DNA of 63,647 nt, filler included, from Saprolegnia diclina VS20 (taxonomy: Eukaryota), in the NCBI RefSeq assembly GCF_000281045.1. It is 5 parts of one record of this genome, joined end to end, with 100 filler letters (N's around TTAATTAATTAA, not from the genome) between each part and the next. Parts side by side here need not be neighbours in the genome. Positions count along the whole stretch, not along the records: positions 19,145 to 47,493 come from NW_008246093.1; 4 more parts are not named here. The stretch is one strand, 5' to 3'. The notes under the pieces were generated by a model. It searched no databases. It was given only the letters and a program-made list of their open reading frames with translations, and was not told the origin of the DNA. Below are positions 24,797 through 36,600 of the stretch, piece by piece. Position 1 is the first letter of the stretch. The number at the start of each line of letters is the position of its first letter. Both the position numbers and the translations under genes were made by a program.

Positions 24797-26113
24797 ATGC
24801 GATCGAGTCGCAAGCTCGAGCGACCGGCGAGCTTCGCCGACGCCAAGCCGCTGCAAGAGTCGGAGCGGCTCTTCCTCGAGACGATCGCGGCCGACGCCTT
24901 TGAGCAGTTTCTCTCGTCAGCGATGGAGCGGTCGCCGGTCTGGTCGCTCCTCGGCGACTTCAACCACGTGACTGTCTACGAAGGCCCGGCGCTGCCGTCC
25001 GAAGACCGCATTGTGCCGTACCGTGGGTCGCTCTCGCTCAACGGATCGCTCGACGAAGTCCGCGCGATGCTGAGCAACCTCACGGCCGATCAAATGGCGT
25101 TCACGCAAGAGCACCACAATGACGGCATGCTCGACATGGCGATCCTCCACCACGTTCTCGAGCCGTCGCTCCGCGACCCGTTCCGGCACGTCGTCGTGCG
25201 CTGGTTCGTCCTCGAGTGCCCCAAGCCGCTCTACCACCGCGACTTTTGCGTGCTCGAGGTACCTATCTTGGTCGCTGCTAGTCTGCATGCTTGCTCATAG
25301 ACGCAAAAAGAATGGCTCTTGCCCGGTGGGCGGCGGGCGTGGGCCATTGCACAGCACTCGGTGACGCTACCGACATGTCCAGACCTGAAATCCAACCTCA
25401 TGGTGGTCCGCGGCTCCATGTACAACAGCGGGTCCGCTCCTCGTGCGTCGCTCCACCTTGTCATCGTTCGAGTGTCTAGGCTTGTCTTTCTCGAGAGCGA
25501 TGTACCCGGCGTCCTGAACGTACACTCGCACATGGAGGTCAACCTCAAGGGCGCGATGCCCTCGTGGCTCTACAAGAGCATTCTCAAGCGGCACGTGGCC
25601 CGCATCGGCTACATAGCGTCGACGATCCACGAGTTTCGCTTGGCCGAGTGCGTCCAGAGCTACTTCGTGGTGATGGTGCCGCTCCGCGAGCGGACGCACT
25701 GTACGCAGTGCCTCAAGCGCTTCCACACGCTGCGGCGCAAGTGGAACTGCCGGACGTGCGGCGAAGTGTTTTGCTACAAATGCACGAGCAGCTTTGAGCC
25801 CAAGGGCCACAAGACCAAGCGCGACCAGCGCGTCTGCTCGTTCTGCGCCAAGTTTATTCGAGAGCAGAGCACGAGTTCGATCCGGAAGAACGTGTTTAGC
25901 GACCTCTGCCTGCACATGTCCCCCGGTACGACCATGATCGGTTTCTGCAGTTGAGGATGATGCTGATGCTCGGTAGGTTACCAAGGCTTGTCGCCAACGT
26001 ACGATGATGAATCTTCCATGCCACACCGGCAGCGCAAATTGCGCCTCTCGCAAGACGACATGCGCCGACTCATGAAGGCCACCGACTCGGACCCGTGCAT
26101 GCGCAGCTACTAG
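24797..26113 (+). CDS. START-like + FYVE-type zinc finger protein (copy 2, spliced; 3' end uncertain)
   Basis: Paralog of copy 1 (YHRDFCVLE, RRAWAIAQHSV, RGSMYNSG, CTQCLKRF..NCRTCGEVFCYKC..RVCSFC). Introns 25259-25300 and 25432-25479. Confidence 0.8.
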
Positions 26114-26426
26114 CGTCTCCATGTTGCTGCTGTCTCTGTAAATGCGACGCGTCTATTGTGTATGCGTTGCGTGGTCTGCAGCATGCAGGCGCTGCGCCAG
26201 GAGGCTGGCTCCAATGCGGCCATGGCTCGGGAGCTCAACGATGCGACGCCGCCGTCCTAGGCGCCAAGTGCTGCAGCTACCGCCAGGCAGGCACTGGAAG
26301 CGACGGGTTCGCCAAAGCAAGACGTGGCCGCAGCTCGCGCTGTCTGGGCTCGTAGGTCATATGAGCTTGCTCACGCCGTCGCGGCTGGCGGGTACCAGTC
26401 GCAGGCTAAGGCTATTGCGCTGTGTT

Positions 26427-26474
26427 GGTCGGCTAGGTCGTTGGCCGGCTGGTCGGCTGGGGCGTTGGCCGGCT
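26427..26474. repeat. 24-bp imperfect tandem duplication
   Basis: ggtcggctaggtcgttggccggct / ggtcggctggggcgttggccggct. Confidence 0.7.
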
Positions 26475-26880
26475 GGGCGCCTTGCCGCTTCACAATCCGA
26501 TGACACTTTTTTGCTGAATTTTAAAATCAAAGATCGCTATCCGGATATTCGACCGAAGGACGCATATAGTGTGAATTAACTTCTGAGCGCACTTGACAGC
26601 ATACGATTATCGTCGTCGAGGGCGCACTGCACTGAGCGTACACAAAATTCCATAGCCATTCTTGGCTTCTTGATCATAAGCGCCTGCTGGCGTGACGAAT
26701 GGAGTCCCCTGTATCGACCTCGACACCTTCGAACACTATATGAGTGTGATTGTATAGTGTGTACGAATTGCCTGCTATACAAACGTGCAGTCAACGTGGC
26801 CGGCGGCGTATCCGGACACGTTTCGAAGGATGCAAAATCGAACCTTCCCAGCACAGCACGAGGAGATGGAGGCGTCGCTC

Positions 26881-27898
26881 ATGGCCAAGTCGGCGGGACC
26901 GTCCGCCAGCGGCGACCCGTACTACGTCTTCAAGGAGTAGGCGCCAAGCGACCTGCAAAGCGGATGGCTCATGCGCGCCGTAGAGACCTCGAGAGCAAGG
27001 TATCATCAATCCACCAAAAGTACAAGCGCTGGAAGCACCTCCTGGACGCCCGCGATGCGTCACCGACCAAGGACTTTGGCAAGCTCACCGACGGTACGGT
27101 ATGCCACGCAGAGCACTCTAGCTCACGCTGTGCAGAGCTGACCAAGGAGCTGGCGACGGCCGAACGGTCGCTGGGCTTTCTCGAGCAGAGCATCCGCGCG
27201 ATCGAGGCCGACCGCACCAAGTACGCCCACATTGATCGCGTCCAAGTGTCGAGTCGAAAGAGCTTCGTCTCGGACACGCGCCAGGTACAAACGGCTTGCA
27301 TCACGAGGCTCATGCGTGCGTGGCGCAGGACTTGATGGCCATGACGGCGGCGCTGACCTCGGACGCGGCCAAAAGCAAGGTTCGCCGCGACGAGCGCAAG
27401 GTACCGTGCGTTCTTGTCGCTTTCGATTGTGCGAAACGATGGCTGTAGATGCTCGCGCCATTGACGCCGGCGCCCATCGACCGCAACTCGATCCTTGCCG
27501 ACGAAAAGCAGCACCAACAGCAGATCATCAAGGAGCAAGACAAGGACCTCGACGAGCTCCACACGTCGGTTAACCGGCTCGGTCAAGTCGCGGTGACCAT
27601 CAACTCGGAGATCAAGTCACAGAACGAGTAGGCAACGGGATGTTGCAACAACGAGTATCATCATGCGTCTCCCTCTAGGATGCTCAAGGACGTGGACGCC
27701 GACTTGGATGACACGACCGAGCGCATGAATTTTGTCATGGCCAAAATGAGTCGGCTCCTGAAAACCAAAGGTATCGCGCTCGACCATTGAGATTGAGATT
27801 GAGATTCGTCTCCAAACCTAGACACGTGCCAGCTCGGCGGTATCATCTTTCTCACGATCGTGCTTCTAGTCATGGTGTTCCTTGTCATTTATACATAA
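26881..27898 (+). CDS. STX6: Syntaxin-6/SYP61/Tlg1-like Qc-SNARE (multi-exon)
   Basis: N-terminal DPYYVFKE (Syntaxin-6_N), SNARE motif QQQIIKEQDKDLDELHTSVNRLG..MLKDVDADLD, C-terminal TM IIFLTIVLLVMVFLVIYT, TAA 27896-27898. An in-frame upstream ATG lies at 26866. Confidence 0.9.
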
Positions 27899-28297
27899 AT
27901 CTGTGCGCCCCTCTGTATCGTCTGATCGCAAAACCGATAGCATTCCTGGCATTTGTCGCCGCTTGCGATGGGTCCCGGTGCAGCTACAGCGCGCTTCGTC
28001 AGCGATTGTGTCTTTTGTTCAGACGATCTGTTCCACCTTTGTACGCACCAAATGCGCCGGTCCAGCCCAGTGGCGCTGGCAGTCAGCCCACCAACCCTAC
28101 CCCTCGAACCCACACGTTGGTTCTTGACACGATCAAAAGCGCGGGAGCGAAGCGCGTCTTCTTCTACATAGCGATCACATGCTTACGAATAAGGCATTGC
28201 TTGTCGGCCGCCATGCGTTGTCAGCAGCCTGGTGCGCTTCTTTTTGGGACGCAAATCGTGAATATTACGAATGGAATATACAAAACAAGATTGTCGG

Positions 28298-28891
28298 TCA
28301 CGCCGACTGGGTGCTTGCGTGTGGTGCTCGCCATGTGTGGACAAGGCCGTTGGCTTGGTTGCACTGGCGTAGCCGAAGGCTCTTCTTGCGGTCGAGCTTG
28401 CGTTGGTTGGCGTTGGCTCGAATACGGTGCATGTGGCACAGGTTCAAGTACGTGCCGTCGGCTTTTTGCGCGCGCACGTGCCGGCACTTGCCCGTTGAGT
28501 AGCGGCAGAGACGGCCGGTGGCGGCGTCGGCCGGTGTCGCCAGCGTGTCGTCCTGGCTGGCGTACACGACCGAGCGCTTCTCGCGCGGTCCCTTTCGAGG
28601 CGGCGCGGCTTCAAACTGCGCAATGAGCTCGCTGCGATGGAGCTGCGCCGTCGAGAGCTTGTGGCGGCGCGTCATGAGGTTGCGCCGGATCTGCGCAAGC
28701 GACGCCGCTCGGTTGCCCCTTGACGGCGCTTCACTGCTGTCGTCAGGAGTGCGCCCCTGGCTAAAGCTCACGAGCACCATGGCGATCGTCGAGTCCATTG
28801 GCAAACGAATGGACGAACGAAGAGTGGGCGACCGTCGTCCGTGCGAGGCTAAAGATAGACGCGCGATCTGAGTTTTCATTTCGATAGCCAT
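28298..28891 (-). CDS. Hypothetical protein with oomycete-type Cys/His-basic motif
   Basis: LCRYSTGKCRHVRAQKADGTYLNLCHMHRIRANANQRKLDRKK in a 197-aa ORF. Confidence 0.7.
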   Translation of the reverse strand: MAIEMKTQIARLSLASHGRRSPTLRSSIRLPMDSTIAMVLVSFSQGRTPDDSSEAPSRGNRAASLAQIRRNLMTRRHKLSTAQLHRSELIAQFEAAPPRKGPREKRSVVYASQDDTLATPADAATGRLCRYSTGKCRHVRAQKADGTYLNLCHMHRIRANANQRKLDRKKSLRLRQCNQANGLVHTWRAPHASTQSA

Positions 28892-30206
28892 TTGGAAATA
28901 CGCGTTTAGTTGTCCAGTGGTGGACTATAGTGCTAGCGTTGTTCATGACAAATAAAGGGCGGCTGCGTGTGAAATGCCCTCGAGAATGTCGTCGATAGAC
29001 AAAATGGGGACGCCAAAGACCGCGATCTTTGCGCGGTCGACGGCGATGCATCGCCTAAGAATAGCCGACAAAGTCTAAATTTGGTGGTTGGTTTCACCAA
29101 TTCTATAGGACGAGGGTATACCATATCTTTTGTATTTTTGAATTGAGAGAATACAACAATTCGCTTGCTTCGAATCCTCGATAGCACCGACGCTGCATTC
29201 ACGCAGGTGACTGTCTTGGACGAGCCCAACTTTTCTTGCGGGTACGACACTCGCTGTCGACGACGATGGCCACTGGTGATGCGATGTGATTCACAAATTT
29301 CTGACTTCTTGTCGCTTTTACATCCAGCATGTCTTGAGCGTAATTGGGGGTTGTACTGAAACAGGGGCTTGAACAAGTAGGAAAATAGAATAGTGGTAAA
29401 ATCAAGGTATAAACACAAAGGACTTCTCATAACACCAGCGTCCGCTCACACCGTCTTGGAATAGCAACGGTGGACGTTCATCAAGAGCCAGCAACTCAAA
29501 ACTCAATTCGAGCTTCTGGCCGACATCCCGAGTCAACGGACGTGGTCACGTACGATCATCAAAGTCATTTGTGATGTCAACTTTGAAAACAAAGTAGAAC
29601 TGAACTGTACTGTAGAAAATGATCCTGTATAAGTACGGTCTTACTCATACTACCGTAAATTTGAACGTTGCTAGGTAAAATATCGCATGATTCCTTGCGT
29701 AGATTTCACTACACCTCATTAAGAGGCAAATGAGATGACGTGATTTCTGCATGGCGCATAGAAATCCGCATAAAGCCAGGTGTTTCCGCATAAGATATGA
29801 TGGTTTTACAGGAAGTAGCGTATATTTACGGTAAATTTATTTCGGCAGCGTGATTTTGAAAAATGACACCATATGGGTGGCTCGAAACACACTATACTAG
29901 AGATGGACGATTTAGTGTTTGTACTGAACTGGAAAATGAAATAAAATTAGGACATGTTTGGTGCAAGATCCGAAACGTGGGTTTGAAAACCGGCATTTGG
30001 ACGCGAGTCGTGCCAGTGGTGCTTCCTGGAGGATGTGCTCGCGTACAACTACGAGCGTCCTACGCCGACGACGCGTTGACTTTAGTTCAACTTGTAGCCA
30101 TTAAATCATTTGTTATCGTCACGACAACGTGCGTACTAGTACCCCACTCGCTCATGGTTGAAAAAGTGATACGAACCATCTTCGCCATTTTTGCCTTGCT
30201 GGTTAT

Positions 30207-30783
30207 TCACTCGGATACAACGACTGCACTAGGCTTGGGGATCAGACACAGCCCCGCTAGCTTGCGCGCAAGCCCGCTATGGGTATTGAGCGTGTGAACG
30301 AAATCGCCCGTGGGTTTGCAGTACGTGATGACGCCGCCACCACCAGGAAAGAGCGCGACGCCGACAACATCGGAAATCACCGGACTCGTCGTCATCAGTA
30401 GCCGGACTGGCCCCGTCAACGCCAGCGAGAGGCCGCCGGCGAGTGCAGTCTCGTCGTCGACGACGTCCAACATGAGCGAAGCCACAAGATCCGCAAGACG
30501 CAAGCGCACAATGTCGCGGTTCTTCTTGACGATGTACCGACCCGGGCAGTTGGGGATCATCTTCCACTTCCACTGGCTCCTATCCAGCGCATGAGCGTGC
30601 ATATAAGGCATTGTCATGGTTGTAGTGAGTTGTGATTTGAGTTGTTCAGCAATCAACTCCAATCACACCTCAGTACAACCATGAGCGTGCATATAAACAG
30701 TGTATGACAACGCACCACAAACACTGGAGTGCCGCGCCGCCGTCGCCGACGAAGCGGCCGTCGCCGACAAATGTGCTCGCCAT
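30207..30783 (-). CDS. Small uncharacterised 'PNCPGRY...HTLNTxSG' protein (2 exons)
   Basis: ATG 30783 (MASTFVGDGRFVGDGGAALQCLW), GT-AG intron 30580-30715, then SQWKWKMIPNCPGRYIV...GGGVITYCKPTGDFVHTLNTHSGLARKL. Confidence 0.7.
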
Positions 30784-31159
30784 CCCGCCGTTCCAGCCCT
30801 GATGCCGGGAGCTGATTGGCTGTTCATTTTACACCGACCACGTGCTAAATTCGATCGAAGTGTTTTCCACACACTAAATACACGCCAGTATTGGACCAAA
30901 CCTTGCTCCAGCTGACTTCACGCTGAATCAGAGGATGCTCTCTTGGCATCACTATCTAGTCTATTCGTACTAGTCCGAGAAATGATTCAATGGGTGTCTT
31001 CTCGCAAGCTGCATATGCAGGCATGATATGCAGGTATCTCCTTGCCTACTCGCAAGGCGGCGTGCGATTACACGGGAACGAGGATGCGATCCGTACTTAT
31101 CCGGACACCAAATTGACGCTGAAGATGCAAAGAAAGACCATTTCGCCACGAGCAAGAGC

Positions 31160-31710
31160 ATGGCGACCCTCGCGCCGTTCAACCCGACGGGCGCCGGTGC
31201 CATCGACGTCGCCTTGCGCCTCCTTGCGCCAACGAAGGACGACGTCGTCTACGACATTGGCTGCGGCGACGGGCGGCTCCTCGTGGCCATTGCCTCGCAG
31301 TGCGGCAGCCGCTGCATCGGCATCGAATGCGACGCCAGCCTCGTCCAGCGCGCGCACGCCTTGATCCACGCGCATGGCGTGAGCGACCGCGTCACGATCC
31401 GCCAAGAAGACGCGACGACGTCCGACTTTTCCGACGCGACGCTCCTCTTTCTCTACCTCGTGCCCAAGGGCATCCAGGCCATGCTGCCCATGTACGCGCG
31501 CTCCTTCTTCGCATACTAGTATGTACTAGCGACCAAGGAATAGGCTCGAGGCCGCCAAGGCGAGTGGCGTCCGCATTTGCACCAACATCTTTTCGATACC
31601 GTCGTGGCAGCCGACGGCCACAGGCGACTACAAGGGCACCAAGGTATTTGTACTTGTTTCCTCCTCTTCTGACGCGACAACCGCACGTATAGATCTACTT
31701 GTATGCGTAG
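31160..31710 (+). CDS. Class I SAM-dependent methyltransferase (FAM173/ATPSCKMT-like), 3 exons
   Basis: LAPFNPT, motif I VYDIGCGDGRLL, IGIE, DATLLFLYL. The last exon IYLYA ends at TAG 31710. Confidence 0.85.
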
Positions 31711-32285
31711 CCGCGCTTTTCGACCGGCGCGAGCTGTGGGTTACCTATACTATTTATTCAAACTTGTTCTTTGTAGTCCTTTGTCGTAGTGCAGATAACA
31801 CGACGAGGAGTTGTTGCTGTGGTCTTCGTAGATGGCCTCGCAACCTCTTCCGTTAGGGCTGTGCTAAAGCGTCCGACGCGACGCGAGCCGTTGCAGTCGC
31901 GTCTTGCCGCTTCCGGCAACGTCAGCATGACAACTATGGTCGTCGTGTCGAGTGTACCTCGCTGGCCGTAGTTTAGAGTGAATCGACATAATGGGCTGGC
32001 CTTTCTCACAGCGATGGAACTCGTCACATAATGAACAAGTCCTTTAGAACTTGTGCGTACGCCTCGAAGGGCGAGAGAGGGCAACGTAGGTCGTCCATGT
32101 GTGCGCGATTGAATTTTTGTTTTTCCCGATTTTTCTGAATTTTCCAACGATCCACATCATCTTGTGTTATTCGAGGACACTACCAAGCGCATACATTGGG
32201 TATTTTGATGTCCTTGACAATATTTCCATGCTAGTCATAATCATAAGACAATATAATATCGATATTGGATTCTAAATAAGCAGAC

Positions 32286-32762
32286 TTAAGGCGCGACGCC
32301 GTGGCACTTTTTCATATGGCGGGCAAAGTTGGAGCGCTGCGTGAAGGTCCGGTGGCAGTCAGCAACATGACAGGCGAAGGGCTTGACGCCATAGTGCTTC
32401 CACACGTGCTCCTTGAGCGACCCGCTGTGGGCGTACCGCTTGGTGCAGCCGTCGTGCGTGCACATGTACGGCTTGATGCCTTCGTGCGCCTTGTGGTGCG
32501 CGCCGAGGTTGGAGCTATGGGCAAAGCGCTTGCTGCAGCCGTCGTACTTGCAAGCGAACGGCTTGCTGCCCGTGTGCGTCCGCTCGTGCGTCACGAGCTC
32601 CGACTTGGCGCGGAACCGCTTCTTGCACACGTCGCACACATGCGGCTTGGGCACCGCCGGCGGGCGCAGGCCGAGGAGCGTCGCGAGGATGTGGGCGTCG
32701 GCGGGCCCAAAGGCCTCTTCCTTGGGCGCCCAGAGCCGCGTCGGCTCCATGTGATCGTCCAT
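32286..32762 (-). CDS. C2H2 zinc-finger protein, four tandem fingers (start may lie as far up as 32807)
   Basis: CDVC..HERTH, CKYDGC..HHKAH, CTHDGC..HVWKH, CHVADC..HMKKCH with TGSKPF-type linkers. Confidence 0.92.
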   Translation of the reverse strand: MDDHMEPTRLWAPKEEAFGPADAHILATLLGLRPPAVPKPHVCDVCKKRFRAKSELVTHERTHTGSKPFACKYDGCSKRFAHSSNLGAHHKAHEGIKPYMCTHDGCTKRYAHSGSLKEHVWKHYGVKPFACHVADCHRTFTQRSNFARHMKKCHGVAP

Positions 32763-33466
32763 CGCGCGAAGCAAGAATGGCATGCTACAGCGGTTATGCC
32801 TCTTCACTTCATGGGAAGATCCACCGCGTCAATTTTATCCGGACTTCTTCGCGTATCCGGACACGCCTCGCGAAGATCGTTTCGCTCGCTCACGCCAAGT
32901 CCTCAGATGTTTGTACGCGTACGACTACGACGAGTTTATACCTAAGCTAGTCGTTGGTGTATGCGTACGACTCCACGTCCATGTTGTTGTTGATGATGGA
33001 GCTGCGATGTCCCGTCGCGACCGGTCGCCTTGCCCTTGGGGATTGCACGGTTGGGCATCTCCGCCCGCCGACGTCGCTTCTTCCTCCCATCTCCACAAGC
33101 CGCCTAGCTGAAACGACTCGCTGAAACGGGTTGCAACCTTCTCGCCATGATTGTGGCATGCATCAACGCGTCGGACTGAGTCGGGCCGTGTTGGGTCTTG
33201 CACGAGTTCATAAATAGAAAAGTCTCTTAGACTACTATCGGTAGTCTGTGAAAATGAAAATATTGTCCACGCGCTTGCCGACTAGCCCGACATCAAACGA
33301 TACAACATACTAGTACTACCGTATACTTGGGTGGAGCTCTAAATTTTGATGAGCAAGGCGTGGTCAGCGACGCTTGCGCAACTGCCTTTTGTCGCACTCG
33401 CGGCTACCTTCTTTTCGGTTCCATCGTTCACTTGCCACTCACTTCGGATGTCGAGCATGATTGACC

Positions 33467-33529
33467 AAAACGAGAAATTTGCACTCTAAAACGAGAAATT
33501 TGCACTCTCAAACCAGAAAATTACACTCA
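33467..33529. repeat. 21-bp tandem repeat, 2 perfect + 1 degenerate unit
   Basis: aaaacgagaaatttgcactct x2, then caaaccagaaaattacactca. Confidence 0.85.
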
Positions 33530-33611
33530 GAAGAAACAACATGTCCGTTGGAATGAAATATATAGCATCATAAATGGTAGCTCGTATGCATGTAAATAAT
33601 CCTCGTAGCGA

Positions 33612-36600
33612 CTACGGCGTTGTCGTGTCGTCGTCCTGCATCGCCACTTGCACTTGATCGGTGGCCGCTGCCTCGGTGGCCGGCGTCGCGGGTGCCTTGA
33701 TCCACCGGCGTCGACGCACGCAGCGCCCCATAATCTTGTTGATCCCGCGCTTGAGTTTGCCGGGGTGTTTGATGCGCAAATTCTCACGGTCGAGGTCCAA
33801 TTTGCAAAAATCGGCAAATTTGGTCGCATATTCCCAGTGCCCGCCGTCGGCTTCGCACGCTTCTTCGATGCCAATACTCTTGTCAATGATCCAGTCGGCG
33901 TCCTGTGTCTTGGGGCGGTGGCTCGCGCCAAGCGCCATGTCGCGGTTGCAATACTGAAGCGGGTCCGCGAGCGTAAATGGCGCACTCCAGCCCAGAAACA
34001 CTTGGTACCTACATCGAGTTGCATTCGTCGCTTGCTGGAAGGAGGACATGGGTGTACCGCTGGACTTGGTAGTAGTGCGGGACGTCCATGCTGTCGACGC
34101 CGCGCCAAAACTGGACTTCGGCGGCAAAGACGGCGCGGGGACTCAAGGCTCGGGCGAGAGCGTGCTCGACGTGGTGCAGAGTCCGCACGGGCGCCAAGAT
34201 GAGGCTTCGCAACGCGCCGCCGTGTCGGTCTTCGAGCGACGCCTGTGAAAACGCAAAACCGCAATACGCCGGCCGCGCCGGCCCTGGGCCTCGAGGTGAC
34301 TTCACAATATGAATCGCGAGGGTTGGATCTAAAGCAAACCGATGAGGGTTTATGAACAAAAGCGAATCACAGGACGACCTCGAAGCGGCTTGAGCTCGGA
34401 CGTCAGGTAGCAGCGAAAGTCGACCTTGAACGGCTTGTAGTGCTTGGGAATGACCGGTCCAGTCCACGCAATCTTGTCGCCGAGGTCGAGCTTCTCGGCC
34501 TCTTGGAGGACGTGGTAGTACTCGGGTCGCCACTCGCGCTTGAAGCTTTTATAAATCAAGTCCCGGAGCAGCGCCATGACGACGCAGAGGAACACAATCA
34601 TGTAGCTCTCGGGCAGCGTGCAAATGTAAGGGAAAATGTGGTCCGTGATCGCACTCGACATAAAGTTGGAGATGACGTAGCCCGAGACGACCCAGAACGG
34701 CAATGTGACCCACATGGCAAAGTGCATGCCTACCATTTTCTCAACAACCCAAATCTCAATCTCAAAAACACGCTACCGAGGTTCCACGAGACCGTGTTGA
34801 GACCGAGCTTTGCCCACCCGACGGCAATGACGGCACAAAATGAGACACCGCCGCAGTTGAGCAGCGAGAACGAGTTGCCTTGCGAGTCGACACTGCCGAG
34901 CAAATAGAGTGGCACGAGCGTGCACACAGCCTACATTGGAATTTAGCGCTCTTGCATCGCATGTGGCGCCTACCGCTTCGTACAGTCCTTCAAAGATCCA
35001 GGCCGTAAAGATGCGCAAGCTAAGCATCTCGCCGTGCGCTCCAATGTGGTAGAGCCCCGGGTTGTGAAACGCCATGGACGCCGACGTCTCTTGCTCCATG
35101 ACGGCGACAATCATGATCGGGAGGAACGTCCAAAAGATGTTGTAGCCGTTGAGCCAGTAGTTGTTGACGTACAGGGTGCCCGAGCCGCCCGCGTACACGG
35201 CAAAGACGTAGACGCTGAAGTAGCAAATGATGTTCTTGTAGACGACGTAGAGCACGAGCTTGCACATGCGGTGGTAGTTCCAGTGGCCGTGGACGAGGAG
35301 GAGCCGGCGAAGGTACTCGAATTGCGCGATCGCAAAGTCGCTCGCGTTCACAGCCTGGAGCCCTTCGTGGCCCGAGATACCAATGCCAATGTGCGCTTCT
35401 TGGATCATGCTCACGTCGTTGGCGCCGTCGCCGATCGAGAGCGTCCGGCAGTCGGCAATGTTCTTCTTCACGAGCGCGACGACCTCGGCCTTTTGCTTGG
35501 GCGAGACGCGGCAGCAAATCACAGCCTTGCAACACTGCGCAATCTCGAGAAAGAGAAACTTGAGCTGCGGGTACATCAAGATAACCTTGAGCACTTGGCC
35601 GTCAATCACGATCGCTTGCGCCTGGACGTTCTGGAACGAATTCGAGGTGCCGCGCGCCGCTTCGTACGCCCGGACGACCTTGACGCGCTCTGTCAGCACC
35701 CGCTGGAGGTAACTCGCCATGTCCTCGTTTGGGCCGCACGCATCGCTGTTGAGGACCACACGGTCCATGTCGTCGGTCAAGAGCCGACACGCGTACGCAA
35801 TGTTGATGGCCGTCTCTTCCTTGTCGCCGGTCAAAACCTAGTGCGCATAAGATCTTGTTGCAATACAATATCGAGACACGTACCCAGACTTTGATGCCAG
35901 CGCTCAAGAGACATGCAATGGTCTCGGGCACGCCGTTCTGGAGCCGGTCTTCGACGGCCGTCGCGCCAAGGAGCTCAAGGTCCGTCTCCATCGCCTCTTC
36001 GAGAGCTTCGATCCGCGCCAGGTCCTCCTGCAGGCAAAGTATTGGCATCCTTTTTGACTAGATATGTGTACCGTGTACGTCGGCGAGGTGTCATCGAGCG
36101 TCGTGAGCGCGTGCTTGTAGTCGGCCGCCCACGTCGTGTACCAGTCTTCGTCGAGCGTGCGCTGCGCAATCACGAGCGTGCGCAGTCCGTCGGCGGCGTA
36201 CTGCTCCATGTGGGCCATCGTCTGGCGCTTGAGCGCTTCTGGCACGTCGCTTGCGAGCCGCGGGTAGATGATCTAAGGCAATAGCCAGTCGGTTCATGAT
36301 CGTTAGCGCAAAACAATACCATGTCGGCCCCCTTTGTCATGAGCAAGAGGCGGTTGCTGGGCGTGCGGCAGATGACCGACATGCGCTTCCGCGTCGACGT
36401 AAACTCGATGAGCTCGAGGATTTGGAATTCCTCGTCGCACGCGGCGCCTTGCACGAGTCGGCGCATCTACACAGCGTAAAACTCTGCGTGAAGCGGCGAG
36501 AGATCAATGATTGTACGGTGCATTTGCCAGTCGACCGACCCACAAACGTGAACCCAAGGAAGGCGGCCCCCGCCACAAGCGCAAGCTCATCGGGCGACGA

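Noticed and set aside
28900..30200. AT-rich island as a possible foreign DNA or TE remnant
   Set aside because: No TIRs, TSDs or recognisable coding remnants seen.
33467..33529. Short direct repeats (also 605-640 and 24702-24770) as a possible CRISPR-like array
   Set aside because: The units are contiguous with no spacers, there are only 2-4 of them, the context is eukaryotic and there are no cas genes.
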